The position numbers and the translations under genes were made by a program. The notes beneath the pieces are model-generated. The model was given only the letters and a program-made list of their open reading frames with translations. It was not told the DNA's origin and made no database searches. A DNA stretch of 64,000 nt from Acidimicrobiaceae bacterium (lineage in GTDB: Bacteria; Actinomycetota; Acidimicrobiia; Acidimicrobiales; Aldehydirespiratoraceae), in assembly GCA_028819005.1 (NCBI GenBank), contig JAPPMP010000028.1, forward strand, positions 685 to 64,684, in the 5' to 3' direction. Numbering within the stretch: the first letter of the stretch is position 1; each line of letters starts with the position of its first letter. Positions 18,420-28,042 of the stretch are shown here, piece after piece.

Positions 18420-18794
18420 ATGCCGAAGGGTGAGGAGGAGCGCCTTGAGCTCCTAACCAGATTGACCGAGGCAATCGGAGTCGACGCAGCCAGGAAGATT
18501 ATGGAGTCACTACCCCCAATGCAATGGGACCAACTCGCCACCAAAGATGATCTGAAGGCCCTTGAGGAGCGCTTGGTCAACGAGTTCGGCGGCAAGTTCG
18601 CCAAAATCAACGGTGAAATGAACGGCGAGTTCGCCAAGGTCTACGGCGAATTTGCGGACGTAAGGGGCGAGATCAAGGACCTTCGTGGATCGATCTCCCT
18701 CGAAATCGCCAGGCAGACGCGTACTTTGGTGTTCACGATGGTGGGCTTCGCCATGACCGTCTGGATTTCGATACTCGCGATCGGCGTTTCCTGA
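18420..18794 (+). CDS. Small coiled-coil protein with C-terminal membrane anchor (DUF1640/CCDC90-like)
   Basis: AGGAGG RBS, LATKDDLKALE motif, heptad repeats, hydrophobic C-terminus. Confidence 0.65.
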   Translation: MPKGEEERLELLTRLTEAIGVDAARKIMESLPPMQWDQLATKDDLKALEERLVNEFGGKFAKINGEMNGEFAKVYGEFADVRGEIKDLRGSISLEIARQTRTLVFTMVGFAMTVWISILAIGVS

Positions 18795-18947
18795 CGCCGG
18801 GCTGCCCAGCCGAAGACGGGAGCGTTGGCTCGGAGACTCCGGTTAGAACGGCTTCCAGGATGAAGGGAACTCAGCGTCTGGGCAGACCGCTGGGGAGGCC
18901 CGACGACATCGGAGAAAGTGCCGCGTGATTTCGCTCAACTCTCAGGG

Positions 18948-18966
18948 TGGTCAGACCATAAGACCA
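18948..18966. promoter_or_regulatory. Putative GntR/FadR operator, copy 1
   Basis: TGGTCAGACCA-TAA-GACCA upstream of the VOC gene. Confidence 0.65.
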
Positions 18967-19004
18967 CGGCTATTGTCGCTACGCAACCAGACCAGAGGGG
19001 AACC

Positions 19005-19532
19005 ATGACCTATCCGAACACGCTCGTATTCGTTGACTTTCCGTCAGACGACGTTGACGCAGCGCGCGCCTTCTACGCCGAAGTATTCAACTGGGAGATC
19101 GAGGAACGCATCCCAGGCCTCTTCCACCGCATCGTGCCCGGGCAGAACTTCAAGGTTGACGACGGGTCGCAGGGCCCGACCGGCAACCTCCATATGGGCC
19201 TTTCCAACGCCGCCAACATGAGGCCCCACCCCGACGCCGAGCCGACCGCGCCCACCAGCATGAACCCCGGGGGCCGAGCCATCCGCGCCTGGATATTGGT
19301 GAGCGACGACGATTCGTTCGATCGCATCCTGGCCGCGGCCGAGCGTCTAGGGGGCGCGATCTTGTGGCGCGACCACTTCTGGACCGAGTTCGGCGGCGCC
19401 AATGCCTCCTTCCTCGATCCGTGGGGCAACCAACTCATGCTCTGGCAGCACCTCCCCGACGCCGAAACCGACGACGACACCCATCAGGTGGTCGGCGAGT
19501 TCAGCGTCCCCGAAGGCTGGACCGTCGAGTAA
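19005..19532 (+). CDS. VOC/glyoxalase-family protein
   Basis: VDFPSDDVDAARAFYAEVFNW and FLDPWGNQLMLW. Confidence 0.85.
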   Translation: MTYPNTLVFVDFPSDDVDAARAFYAEVFNWEIEERIPGLFHRIVPGQNFKVDDGSQGPTGNLHMGLSNAANMRPHPDAEPTAPTSMNPGGRAIRAWILVSDDDSFDRILAAAERLGGAILWRDHFWTEFGGANASFLDPWGNQLMLWQHLPDAETDDDTHQVVGEFSVPEGWTVE

Positions 19533-19681
19533 GGCGCTGTTCGCGCACAAGTGGACACCTCTCGGCGCGGCCCGCCTTCGCGGCTCATCGTGTTGACGGC
19601 ATTCGGGCACGGCTACCAGACCGACGACGGAATAGCAGTGGTTCCCCGCACCTCATTGAAGCCATGATAGGGAACCGTGAC

Positions 19682-20761
19682 CTAGGGGCGAACAGCCACG
19701 AAGCACTGCTGGAAGCCGATGGGCTCGATCAGGCGAATGTGTGCGAATCCGGCGTCTCGCAGCCACTCTGAGAACTGTTGATGGGTGAACGTCGAGCCCT
19801 TCTTGGTGCTGGCCATCATGGTTGCGCCCATGATGACGGCGTGCGGGTTGAATTTGCGTTCAACATCGGTGAAGTAGTCCGCTAGCAGCAGCCGGCCCTG
19901 CGGTTTCAGCGCGCGAAAGGCCCTCTCGATGAGATGACGAGCACCTTCGGCGCCCTCAGTTCGACAGACGTGACCAAGCACCGCGATGTCGTAGGCCTCG
20001 TCCTCTATATCGATGGTGTGAAAATCACCGGGCCGCAAATCGCAGCGGTCGGCGACCCCGTGCTCGCTGGTCTTGGCCGCGGCCACGTCGATGACGCCGG
20101 GCAGGTCGTTGATCACCGCGGTGCCCCGTGTGCAAGCCGTCAGAATGGCGATCGACCAGGGCGCCCCGCCCGCTCCGAGGTCCAGCACATGGGGTTGCTC
20201 CAGAGCCGAGTAGCGGATTTTCAGGTCTGCTCGGCCGGCGCAGCGAAACATCGTGGTGAAAGTGCCCTCCACCAGCGGGACATAGAACGCCGCCGGGTCG
20301 TCTTCGATCGGAGCGGCGGGTGTGCCGTTGCGGATCGTGTCGGCCAGACGGGTCCAGTTCTGGTGCGGTCCCGGCGCCACCGGCACCAGATCGGCCATTG
20401 TCGCGGGGCCGTCGCTGACGAGATAGCGCTTGGCCGTGTCGTTGAGCTCGTAGACGTCTGCGAACTGGTCGAGCAGCCCCAGAGCGACCACACCGTCGAG
20501 CAGTGTCGCCAGCTGAACGGCAGGCACATCCAGTTTTTCGGCCAGAGCCTCGGCGGTTGTCGGGCCGGTCTCTTTGAGCGTGTCGAAAACGTCGAGTTCC
20601 AGCGCAGCGACGAGAATGTAGTAGCGGCCGAGTCCTTCGATCGCCGCCCACACCGGCGCCGCGGGCGGGGGTTTGCGATCGGTCCACGGACGACCCTTGG
20701 CCGCCATCGTGTGGGTCTTCTTCAACTCGGGATACGGGGCGTCCCGTGGCTCGCTGGTCAT
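19682..20761 (-). CDS. Class I SAM-dependent O-methyltransferase-family protein with dimerisation domain
   Basis: AALELDVF, VLDLGAGGA, DLPGV, GDFH. Confidence 0.85.
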   Translation of the reverse strand: MTSEPRDAPYPELKKTHTMAAKGRPWTDRKPPPAAPVWAAIEGLGRYYILVAALELDVFDTLKETGPTTAEALAEKLDVPAVQLATLLDGVVALGLLDQFADVYELNDTAKRYLVSDGPATMADLVPVAPGPHQNWTRLADTIRNGTPAAPIEDDPAAFYVPLVEGTFTTMFRCAGRADLKIRYSALEQPHVLDLGAGGAPWSIAILTACTRGTAVINDLPGVIDVAAAKTSEHGVADRCDLRPGDFHTIDIEDEAYDIAVLGHVCRTEGAEGARHLIERAFRALKPQGRLLLADYFTDVERKFNPHAVIMGATMMASTKKGSTFTHQQFSEWLRDAGFAHIRLIEPIGFQQCFVAVRP

Positions 20762-20762
20762 T

Positions 20763-20798
20763 TGTTGAGGGTTGGCTGAGTGTTGAGGGTTGGCTGAG
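20763..20798. repeat. 18-bp perfect tandem duplication, intergenic
   Basis: TGTTGAGGGTTGGCTGAG x2. Confidence 0.9.
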
Positions 20799-20833
20799 TG
20801 TGCGGTTCTAGCTTGTTGGGAAACGGACGGCTT

Positions 20834-21868
20834 TCAGGGTTTGAGAATGATCTTGCCGAAGAAATCGCTGGACAACATCTTGGCTTGCGCCTCGGCAGCG
20901 TCGGCCAGCGCGAACTCGGAATCGATCACAACCTCGAAATCGCCCTCACAGAATTCGTCCCACACCGGGCCGAACTCCTCTGGCCGGTAAGGGTCCGAGC
21001 CGATGATCTTGATGCCTGAGTGAAACACGTAGCCGAGCGACGGAATGGTTGCTTTGTCTCCCGAGGAGTTCCCGCAGTTCACGAGGCGTCCGCCGATGCC
21101 GATCGCGAACAGGGACTGGCCGAACAGAGCGGTGCCCACATGGTCGAAGACCATGTCGACGCCGGCGCCCGCGGTCGCTCCGCGGGCGAACCCGGTCACG
21201 TCTCCGCTGCGGTTGTTGCACACTTGGTCCGCCCCCAGCTCAAGAGCCCGTTCGCACTTCTCGTCGGTCCCGGCTGTAGCCAGCACGGTGGCCCCGGCGT
21301 GCTTGGCCAACTGGATCGCCGCGGTGGACACACCCGAACCGGCGGCGTGGATCATCACCGTTTCGCCTGCCTGCAGCTCTCCGACATCGAACAGGGCATG
21401 GGCCGCGGTGAGGTAGCAGGTCGGGAACGTGGCCGCATGCTCCAGCGGCATCGAGTCCGGCACCTGGTACACATGCGAGCTTGGTGCCAGGCACTTCTCG
21501 GCGTACCCGCCGTCGACTGTTCCGCCGATGATCCCCAGCTCGCCGTAGAGGTCGCCCATTCCAGCGAGTTTGGAAGACTCGGGCACGCCTGCCAACGAAG
21601 GGTCGATCACCACTCGGTCGCCGATGGCGACGTCGTCGACCTGCGAGCCGATCGCTGAGACCATCCCGGCCACGTCCATGCCCGCGATATGGGGATACTG
21701 GAAACCAGGCATCCGGAACCAGCCGTTGCGCTGCACCACGTCGAGCCTGTTGAGCGCGGTAGCCGCTACGTCGACGACAACATCCCGAGGCCCCGGCTCC
21801 GGGTCGGGCACATCGATATATTGCAGGACCTCGGGTCCGCCTGATTCGTGGTAGAGCATTGCTTTCAT
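20834..21868 (-). CDS. MDR-family NAD(P)-dependent oxidoreductase (quinone reductase/alcohol dehydrogenase-like)
   Basis: MKAMLYHESGGPEVL, ALNRLD, GMDVAG, HAAGSGVSTAAIQLAK, GKIIL. Confidence 0.9.
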   Translation of the reverse strand: MKAMLYHESGGPEVLQYIDVPDPEPGPRDVVVDVAATALNRLDVVQRNGWFRMPGFQYPHIAGMDVAGMVSAIGSQVDDVAIGDRVVIDPSLAGVPESSKLAGMGDLYGELGIIGGTVDGGYAEKCLAPSSHVYQVPDSMPLEHAATFPTCYLTAAHALFDVGELQAGETVMIHAAGSGVSTAAIQLAKHAGATVLATAGTDEKCERALELGADQVCNNRSGDVTGFARGATAGAGVDMVFDHVGTALFGQSLFAIGIGGRLVNCGNSSGDKATIPSLGYVFHSGIKIIGSDPYRPEEFGPVWDEFCEGDFEVVIDSEFALADAAEAQAKMLSSDFFGKIILKP

Positions 21869-21892
21869 GGGGTTGTCTCCGTATCTCCGCGG

Positions 21893-22828
21893 CTACCTGA
21901 GTCCGCGGATGAAGGGTCGGGCCAGCGCTGCGGGGGCGCGCACCCGGTGGGCGAAAATGGCCATGCCGGCGATTGTGACGACGAACGGAAGAGCCTGCAG
22001 CAACTCGCTGTTGATGTCGTAGCCGAGTCCCTGAATCGACAGGCGGAATGACAGCGCTCCGGCGAAGATCACGCACCCGGCGAGCGTTCCCCGCAGAGTC
22101 CAGCCCCCGAAGATGACTGCGGCTATGGCGATGAAGCCGCGACCGCCGACGATCGTGTCTTCGAACCTGCCGATATGTCCGAATATCAAGAAGGCGCCTC
22201 CGAGTCCGCACGTCAACCCGGCGTAATAGATCGACTGGCGCCGCCGCTTGTTGACGTCGATGCCCGACACATCAGCGGACTGCGGGTTCTCACCGACCGA
22301 CCGCAACTCGAGACCCCAACGGGTTCGATAGACCAGCCACCAAGAAAGCGGCAGCAGCAGGTACAGGATGTAGAACGGCCAGCGCTGCCCGAACAAAGCC
22401 TGTCCCAATAGGGGAATATCACTGAGAACGGGGATTTCCCAGCGGCCGGCCAGGGTTGTCTCCGGCGCGATCTCGTTCTCCAGGAACCCGGTCAGCCCGA
22501 GCACCAAGATGTTGAGGGTGAGTCCGACAACGAACTGATCGGCGGCGAGGCGGTGGCTCATCTCGGCCTGCACGCCCGCTATCAGCACCCCACCCAAGAT
22601 CGCGGTCAGCAGCCCGACTGCCACCGAACCGGTGAGGTGACAACCCATCGCCGCGGCGAACGCTCCGCCCAACAGCATCCCCTCCACAGAGATATTGAGG
22701 GTCCCCGACCGTTCCGCAACCCATTCACCCGTCGCCGCGAAAGCCAGGAAAGCCGCGAACAGCGCGCCGTTGAGGTAGGTCGATTCGCTTGAGAAGATCT
22801 CATAGACAGCGCTGAGAAGGTCAGTCAT
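21893..22828 (-). CDS. ABC transporter permease (nucleoside/CUT2 type)
   Basis: ERSGTLNISVEG, GENPQSADVSGI, GRGFIAIAAVIFGGW. Confidence 0.9.
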   Translation of the reverse strand: MTDLLSAVYEIFSSESTYLNGALFAAFLAFAATGEWVAERSGTLNISVEGMLLGGAFAAAMGCHLTGSVAVGLLTAILGGVLIAGVQAEMSHRLAADQFVVGLTLNILVLGLTGFLENEIAPETTLAGRWEIPVLSDIPLLGQALFGQRWPFYILYLLLPLSWWLVYRTRWGLELRSVGENPQSADVSGIDVNKRRRQSIYYAGLTCGLGGAFLIFGHIGRFEDTIVGGRGFIAIAAVIFGGWTLRGTLAGCVIFAGALSFRLSIQGLGYDINSELLQALPFVVTIAGMAIFAHRVRAPAALARPFIRGLR

Positions 22829-22831
22829 GGC

Positions 22832-23977
22832 TCACACCCTCTCCGTCGCCGCGGCGCGGGCACGGCGACGGTCGCGAAGGAACATCACCGCTGCGGGGAT
22901 CAGCAGGGCCAGCACCAGCAGCCCCGAAATGACGTCGGTGATGCGACCCTCAACCCCGGTGCTGCCGACGAAACTCGACCCCGTGCGCAACCCGGCGAAA
23001 ACCACTGCCACGGGGATAGCCGCCAACGGCTTCTCATACGCGACTAGCGCTACGAGCAGGCCCGTCCAACCGATGTTGGCCGAGAATCCGGGCACCATCT
23101 GATAGTTCCCGAAAGCGAAACCTCCGCCCGTGAACATCGCTGCGCCGGCCAGGCCTGCGAAGGCGCCGCTGAGCATCAGCGCCATCGCTCCGTATCTTGT
23201 CTCCGACACCCCTGAACGCTGCGCCGCCCTCGGGTTGCGGCCGAGCATCCGAAGCCGGAAACCCCAAACGGTCCGTGACAGCGCAAAGGCGACGATCACG
23301 GCGAGGACAACGGCGATGAATACGGTCAGGGGGAATTCGTTGCCGAAAAGGTCGGGTCGGGGAAGTCGGTTGTCGGGGGCGAGTTGCTCGCTGACCTGGT
23401 TGCGGTTGCCGCGGCGGCCCTCTGGAGCCAGCAGCAGCCATTCCCAGCGCAAACCGTAGGCCACGGCCTGCCCGCCGACGGTCACCAACAGCAGTGTCGA
23501 CAACACCTCGGGAACGCCGCGCCAATAACGCAGCCCCGCAGCGACGCCCGCCCAGAGGCCGCCTCCCGCAGCCCCGATGATCAGGATCAGCACCACGTTG
23601 ATCGGCCCGGGCCCGCCGATCAGAAACCCGAAATATGTGCCGATAGCTGCGCCGACATAGAGCTGACCTTCCTGGCCGATGTTGACCAGCCCGGCCTTGG
23701 AGGAGATGACCGTGCCGAGAGCGACAACAAGCAGGGGCGCAGCGGTCGCGAGCGTTTCGCCCCAGCGCCCCGGTCGCCGGACGCTTCCGTCGAACAGCGC
23801 GCTCACAACCGGTCGCCAGTCGCCCCCGGTTGCTTCCACCAGAATTGCCGACAACACCAGCGCGGCGAAAATGCTCATTCCGTAGAGCGCGAACCATTCG
23901 CTCAGCCGTGTCCAGCGCCCGGTGCGGAGGGGTTGCGCGTCAGATCCGCCGGCGGCTCCGGCAGTGACAGCGGTCAT
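22832..23977 (-). CDS. ABC transporter permease (nucleoside/CUT2 type)
   Basis: AGLVNIGQEGQ, GRNPRAAQRSG, GWTGLLVAL. ATG 23977 overlaps the upstream stop. Confidence 0.9.
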   Translation of the reverse strand: MTAVTAGAAGGSDAQPLRTGRWTRLSEWFALYGMSIFAALVLSAILVEATGGDWRPVVSALFDGSVRRPGRWGETLATAAPLLVVALGTVISSKAGLVNIGQEGQLYVGAAIGTYFGFLIGGPGPINVVLILIIGAAGGGLWAGVAAGLRYWRGVPEVLSTLLLVTVGGQAVAYGLRWEWLLLAPEGRRGNRNQVSEQLAPDNRLPRPDLFGNEFPLTVFIAVVLAVIVAFALSRTVWGFRLRMLGRNPRAAQRSGVSETRYGAMALMLSGAFAGLAGAAMFTGGGFAFGNYQMVPGFSANIGWTGLLVALVAYEKPLAAIPVAVVFAGLRTGSSFVGSTGVEGRITDVISGLLVLALLIPAAVMFLRDRRRARAAATERV

Positions 23978-25584
23978 GCCGCGGTCCCGCCCATCAACAG
24001 GCCGAGCGTCTCGAAGTTCGCCTCGGCCCGCGACATCTCCCCGACAATGCGTCCGCTGTGCATCACGATGATGCGGTGCGAGAGTTCGAGAATCTCCTCG
24101 AGTTCGCTTGAAATGAGCAGAACGGCCACTTCCGACGCCGCAGCGGTCTCCAGTCGATGGCTCATGTACTCGATAGCGCCGACGTCGAGCCCCCGGGTCG
24201 GCTGAGCTGCTACCAGGATCTTCGGTTCTTGAGAAAGTTCCCGGGCGAGCACCACCCGCTGTTGATTTCCGCCCGACACCGACCACATCGGCGCGTTCGG
24301 TCCTCCACAGGCGATGTTGAACTGCTCGATCATCTCCTCGGCGAAGGCGTTGAGGCGCCTCTGGTCGATCAGGCCGCGGGTCGCGGCGCGGGACTGATCG
24401 ACGAGCACGAGGTTCTCGGCGACCGTCATGTCGAGCACGAGACCGCTGTCGTGGCGGTCTTCTGGGATCACGCCGATCCCCGCTTCAGCCATCGCCCCGG
24501 ACCTGCCGGTCGGCACTTCAGTTCCGTCCACAGCGACCGTGCCCGACGAGAGGGTCAGCAGACTGGAGAGCACATCACCGAGCGCCCGCTGGCCGTTGCC
24601 CTCCACACCCGCGACCCCGACAATCTCGCCGGGATACATCTCAAGAGAGAACTCATCGAGGGCGACGACCCCGTCGGCGTCATGGGCGATTGCTCTGTCG
24701 ATGCGAAGCACGGGTTGAGCGGTCGCCGGGAGGACCGCGTCGGTCTTGGCTGGGACAGTGCCTCCAAGATCAGTGTCATCGGGGCTGTGAATGCCGAGAG
24801 CGGCCCGTTCGGATCGCAGCGACACCTCGCGGCCGACCATCGCCCGGGCGAGGGTCGGAGCATCCGCGTCGGTCGAGTACCGCTGGTCCACGACTCTGCC
24901 CTGGCGCATGATTGTGATGTCGTCGGTGGCGTGCAGCACCTCGTCGAGTTTGTGGCTCACCAACACCACAGCCCGATTTTCCGCGGCGACCACATGGCGC
25001 AGAGACTCAAAGAGCTGCTCAGATTCCTCAGGTGTGAGAACCGAGGTCGGTTCGTCGAAGATGACGATGCTTGGGTCTCGACGAAGGCACTTGATGATCT
25101 CGACACGTTGGCGAAGTCCCGCGGTGAGATCGCCGACTCGCTTGTCGGGGTCGATCACCAGACCGTACTGCTCGGCTATCTCGCCGATGCGGTCGCGGGT
25201 TGCGCTGGGGTCGAGTCGGCCGGTGTCGCCGAGGGTCGCGTTCTCCCAGACGGTCAGTGCGTCGACGAGGCTGAAGTGCTGGTGAACCATGCCGATGCCG
25301 AGCGCCGTCGCGGTCAGCGGATCATGGATCGACTCGGTTCTGCCGTCGATGGAAATGGTTCCGGCATCGGGCAGCAGCAGTCCGATGAGCATCTTCATCA
25401 GTGTGGATTTGCCGGCTCCGTTCTCTCCGAGGAGACCATGGATCCGTCCACGCGAAAGCGTCTGGTCGACACTGTCGCATGCTACGACCCCACCTACCCG
25501 TTTGGTGATGGTCGACAGCTGCCCCGCGGGGACCGGCTAGCTGTTGGCCTCGTCGGTCCCCGCGTCGCCTAGTTCGCTACTCAC
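23974..25584 (-). CDS. ABC transporter ATP-binding protein (double NBD) with an in-frame TAG at codon 16
   Basis: Walker A GENGAGKST lies in frame upstream of the ORF-track start 25398; DEPT and SGGNQQR present. GTG 25584 overlaps the BMP gene stop; TAG at 25539-25537. Confidence 0.8.
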
Positions 25585-26795
25585 CCGCCCGAATAGACCT
25601 CGGCCGACAACGCTCCGAGCTCCCCAAGCAGGTCGAAGTCCGAAGCGACCGCTTCGAAAGCGCCGTCGAGCAGCGCTTGTGCTTCAGCCGGCGGGTCGCA
25701 CAACAGTGCCCCGTTGATGCTTGGGTCTGTCGGGAACTGATGCTTGGTGCCTTCGGCAAGGTCGCCGTCAACGATATAGCGGAGCGCCAGTGAGGCGTAG
25801 ACGCCGCCGTCAAAGACGATGCTGCCGGTCCAGTTGATGCCGTCGTCCCGCTCACAGATGTCGGCCGGTCCTGCGGCGAACACAGCCACACCCTCATCGG
25901 TGGCGAGTTGGCCGACAGCCTCGAGCGCTCCGCCCAGGTAGGCATAAGCGAGCGTGGCTCCATTGGCGATGGCGTTGGTCAGCGCGGCAGTGGCGTTGGC
26001 GGAGTTGTCGAAGTCGAACTGGTAGTCGCCGGTGCTCACGTATTCCATGGTGAAACTGGGATCGACGGACTCAAGTCCGAGAACGGTGGAGAGATATGCC
26101 TCACGTTCAAAGTTGATGTCGCAGCATCCGAGGAACACAGCTTTGTCAGCGCCTTGGGCCTGGAGTATGCCGCCCATCGCCACCCCTGCTGTGTAATGGA
26201 TTGCGGCACCCCAGTCGACTGACTGAACCAGGCCCGGCAAATCCGGGATTGAGGCCCCGCAGTTGCAGTACCAGAAGATTTCGGGATACCGCTCGGTCAG
26301 GTCGGGCAGCGGCTCGGCAATCTCAGAGGCGCCCACCATCAAGATGTCGACGCCTTGTTGCGCCAAGTCTGAGATGGCCTGCGCTGCGTCGGCAGCACCG
26401 ATCTTGTCGGACACGATCGGAGGCGAGAAATTGTTCTCGGCTGAGAATTGTTCGACGAAGTTGATCAGCGACTGGTAGTAGCCGTTGTCGTCGCGGGGAC
26501 CCGCGGCCGCGACGCCGATAGTGACGGTGCCGTCGCCGTTGCTGTCGAAGGTCTCAACGAGAGCGTCTGTCTCCATGGGTTCGGGTTCGTCCTCGGGCAT
26601 GTCCTCAGGCTCGTCCTCGGGCATGTCATCGGGTTCGTCCTCAGGCATGTCGTCAGCGGTCTGCGACGCCTCCGTTGTCGGCGCCGCTTCTGGCTCATCG
26701 TCGCCATCGTCGTCTCCGCAGGCAGCGGCGATGAGCGTGAACGCGAGCAGCAACGTCAACAGTCGCAGTGGTTTTTTCAGCAGTTGTTTGGGCAT
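25581..26795 (-). CDS. BMP/PnrA-family ABC substrate-binding lipoprotein
   Basis: Lipobox IAAAC, GPRDDNGYYQS, GDYQFDFDN; adjacent to CUT2 ABC genes. Confidence 0.85.
   Translation of the reverse strand: MPKQLLKKPLRLLTLLLAFTLIAAACGDDDGDDEPEAAPTTEASQTADDMPEDEPDDMPEDEPEDMPEDEPEPMETDALVETFDSNGDGTVTIGVAAAGPRDDNGYYQSLINFVEQFSAENNFSPPIVSDKIGAADAAQAISDLAQQGVDILMVGASEIAEPLPDLTERYPEIFWYCNCGASIPDLPGLVQSVDWGAAIHYTAGVAMGGILQAQGADKAVFLGCCDINFEREAYLSTVLGLESVDPSFTMEYVSTGDYQFDFDNSANATAALTNAIANGATLAYAYLGGALEAVGQLATDEGVAVFAAGPADICERDDGINWTGSIVFDGGVYASLALRYIVDGDLAEGTKHQFPTDPSINGALLCDPPAEAQALLDGAFEAVASDFDLLGELGALSAEVYSGG
26581..26652. repeat. 24-bp tandem repeat x3 encoding an acidic DMPEDEP(D/E) linker
   Basis: Three near-identical 24-nt units starting at 26581, 26605 and 26629. 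Confidence 0.85.
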
Positions 26796-26875
26796 TGGGC
26801 TCCCCTCCTTATTTTCTGTACTTTTTGTGTTATTCAGTACACTGGTTGTCGGGATCTGTGGGTGGATTCGGCGGT

Positions 26876-28042
26876 CTATTGATCGGGCCAGGCTTTGCGA
26901 TAACGCTGGACCAGCCAGCGGTTGAATTGGATGTGGCTTTCCTCTTGCCACGAGTAGCGGCCTCGTGGAGCGAAACGCGAACGCAGGCCTCGCTGGACCT
27001 TGGTGGTGGCGTCCTGGTCCTGTGCAACGAACACTTGCACGCCCGCGTCCGAAAGCGCCATTTTGTGTTCGAACAACGGGTCCTGCAGCGCTGAGGGATG
27101 GAAGATGTAGCCGATCTCCACGTCGATGGACTCTGGGCCCTTGGGACGGACCAGAAAGAAGAAGCACTGATCCGGAGCGGTGCCGAAACACAATGTGGGC
27201 GGGATCAGAGCGAAAGTCGATCGGGTGCGTTCCTCTTCGGTCAGTTCGGGGAAGACGTCCATGATGACCCGATGGGTGGCATTGAAACCGCCGTCGATAT
27301 GGGTGTATCCGGCTGTGCGGAAAATGACGTTGGAGTCGTCGGACCACGGCACAGGAAAGCCCGACATGCTCGACGGGCAGAAATCCTGCACGAATTGGTG
27401 AAGCCTGTTGGCGTGGTAACCGTCGTTGAAGTTCTCGAACATGACCTTCCAGTTCCAGGGCATGTCTTGGAGGGTGAAGGTGCCGGGACATACCGCGTTG
27501 GCGAGGTCGTAGTTCTCAAGGAACGGCTCGTAGCGGCTGAGGGTGGGTCCGAGAGGCGCGGCGTCCGGGTCGAAGTTCACGAAGACGAACCCCAGCCATT
27601 CCTCAACCTTGAGCTGGGGCAAACCGCATTCGGACTTGTCGAAGTCCTCGGTGCGCTCCATTGCCGGGGCGCCCAACAGGCGTCCGTCGAGGCCGTAGTT
27701 CCAGTGGTGGTAGGGGCATTTGAAAGTTGTGCTGTTGCCCTCGCCTTCACATACCTGCATGGCCCGGTGCTGGCACACCGCCGACATCGCCCTGACCGTC
27801 CCCTGCTTGTCGCGGGCGATGATCAGCGGTTCATCGACGAGGTTGACGGTGAACCAATCCCCCACATCGGCGATTCGCTCGGCTCGGCCGACGCACAGCC
27901 ATTCCCTCATGTACAGCGCTTCAGTTTCAAACGAGAGGAACTCGTCGGACGTATAGATCTCGGGCGGCAGGGTCACCGCCTGCGACACATCGTCGGTTGA
28001 AGCGTCGAGCCGCGAGAGTAGATCGCTGTTCAACACGCTCAT
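26876..28042 (-). CDS. Rieske non-heme iron oxygenase alpha subunit (choline monooxygenase/CntA-like group)
   Basis: CQHR...CPYHHW Rieske ligands, WNWKVMFENFNDGYHANRLH mononuclear iron motif. Confidence 0.9.
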   Translation of the reverse strand: MSVLNSDLLSRLDASTDDVSQAVTLPPEIYTSDEFLSFETEALYMREWLCVGRAERIADVGDWFTVNLVDEPLIIARDKQGTVRAMSAVCQHRAMQVCEGEGNSTTFKCPYHHWNYGLDGRLLGAPAMERTEDFDKSECGLPQLKVEEWLGFVFVNFDPDAAPLGPTLSRYEPFLENYDLANAVCPGTFTLQDMPWNWKVMFENFNDGYHANRLHQFVQDFCPSSMSGFPVPWSDDSNVIFRTAGYTHIDGGFNATHRVIMDVFPELTEEERTRSTFALIPPTLCFGTAPDQCFFFLVRPKGPESIDVEIGYIFHPSALQDPLFEHKMALSDAGVQVFVAQDQDATTKVQRGLRSRFAPRGRYSWQEESHIQFNRWLVQRYRKAWPDQ

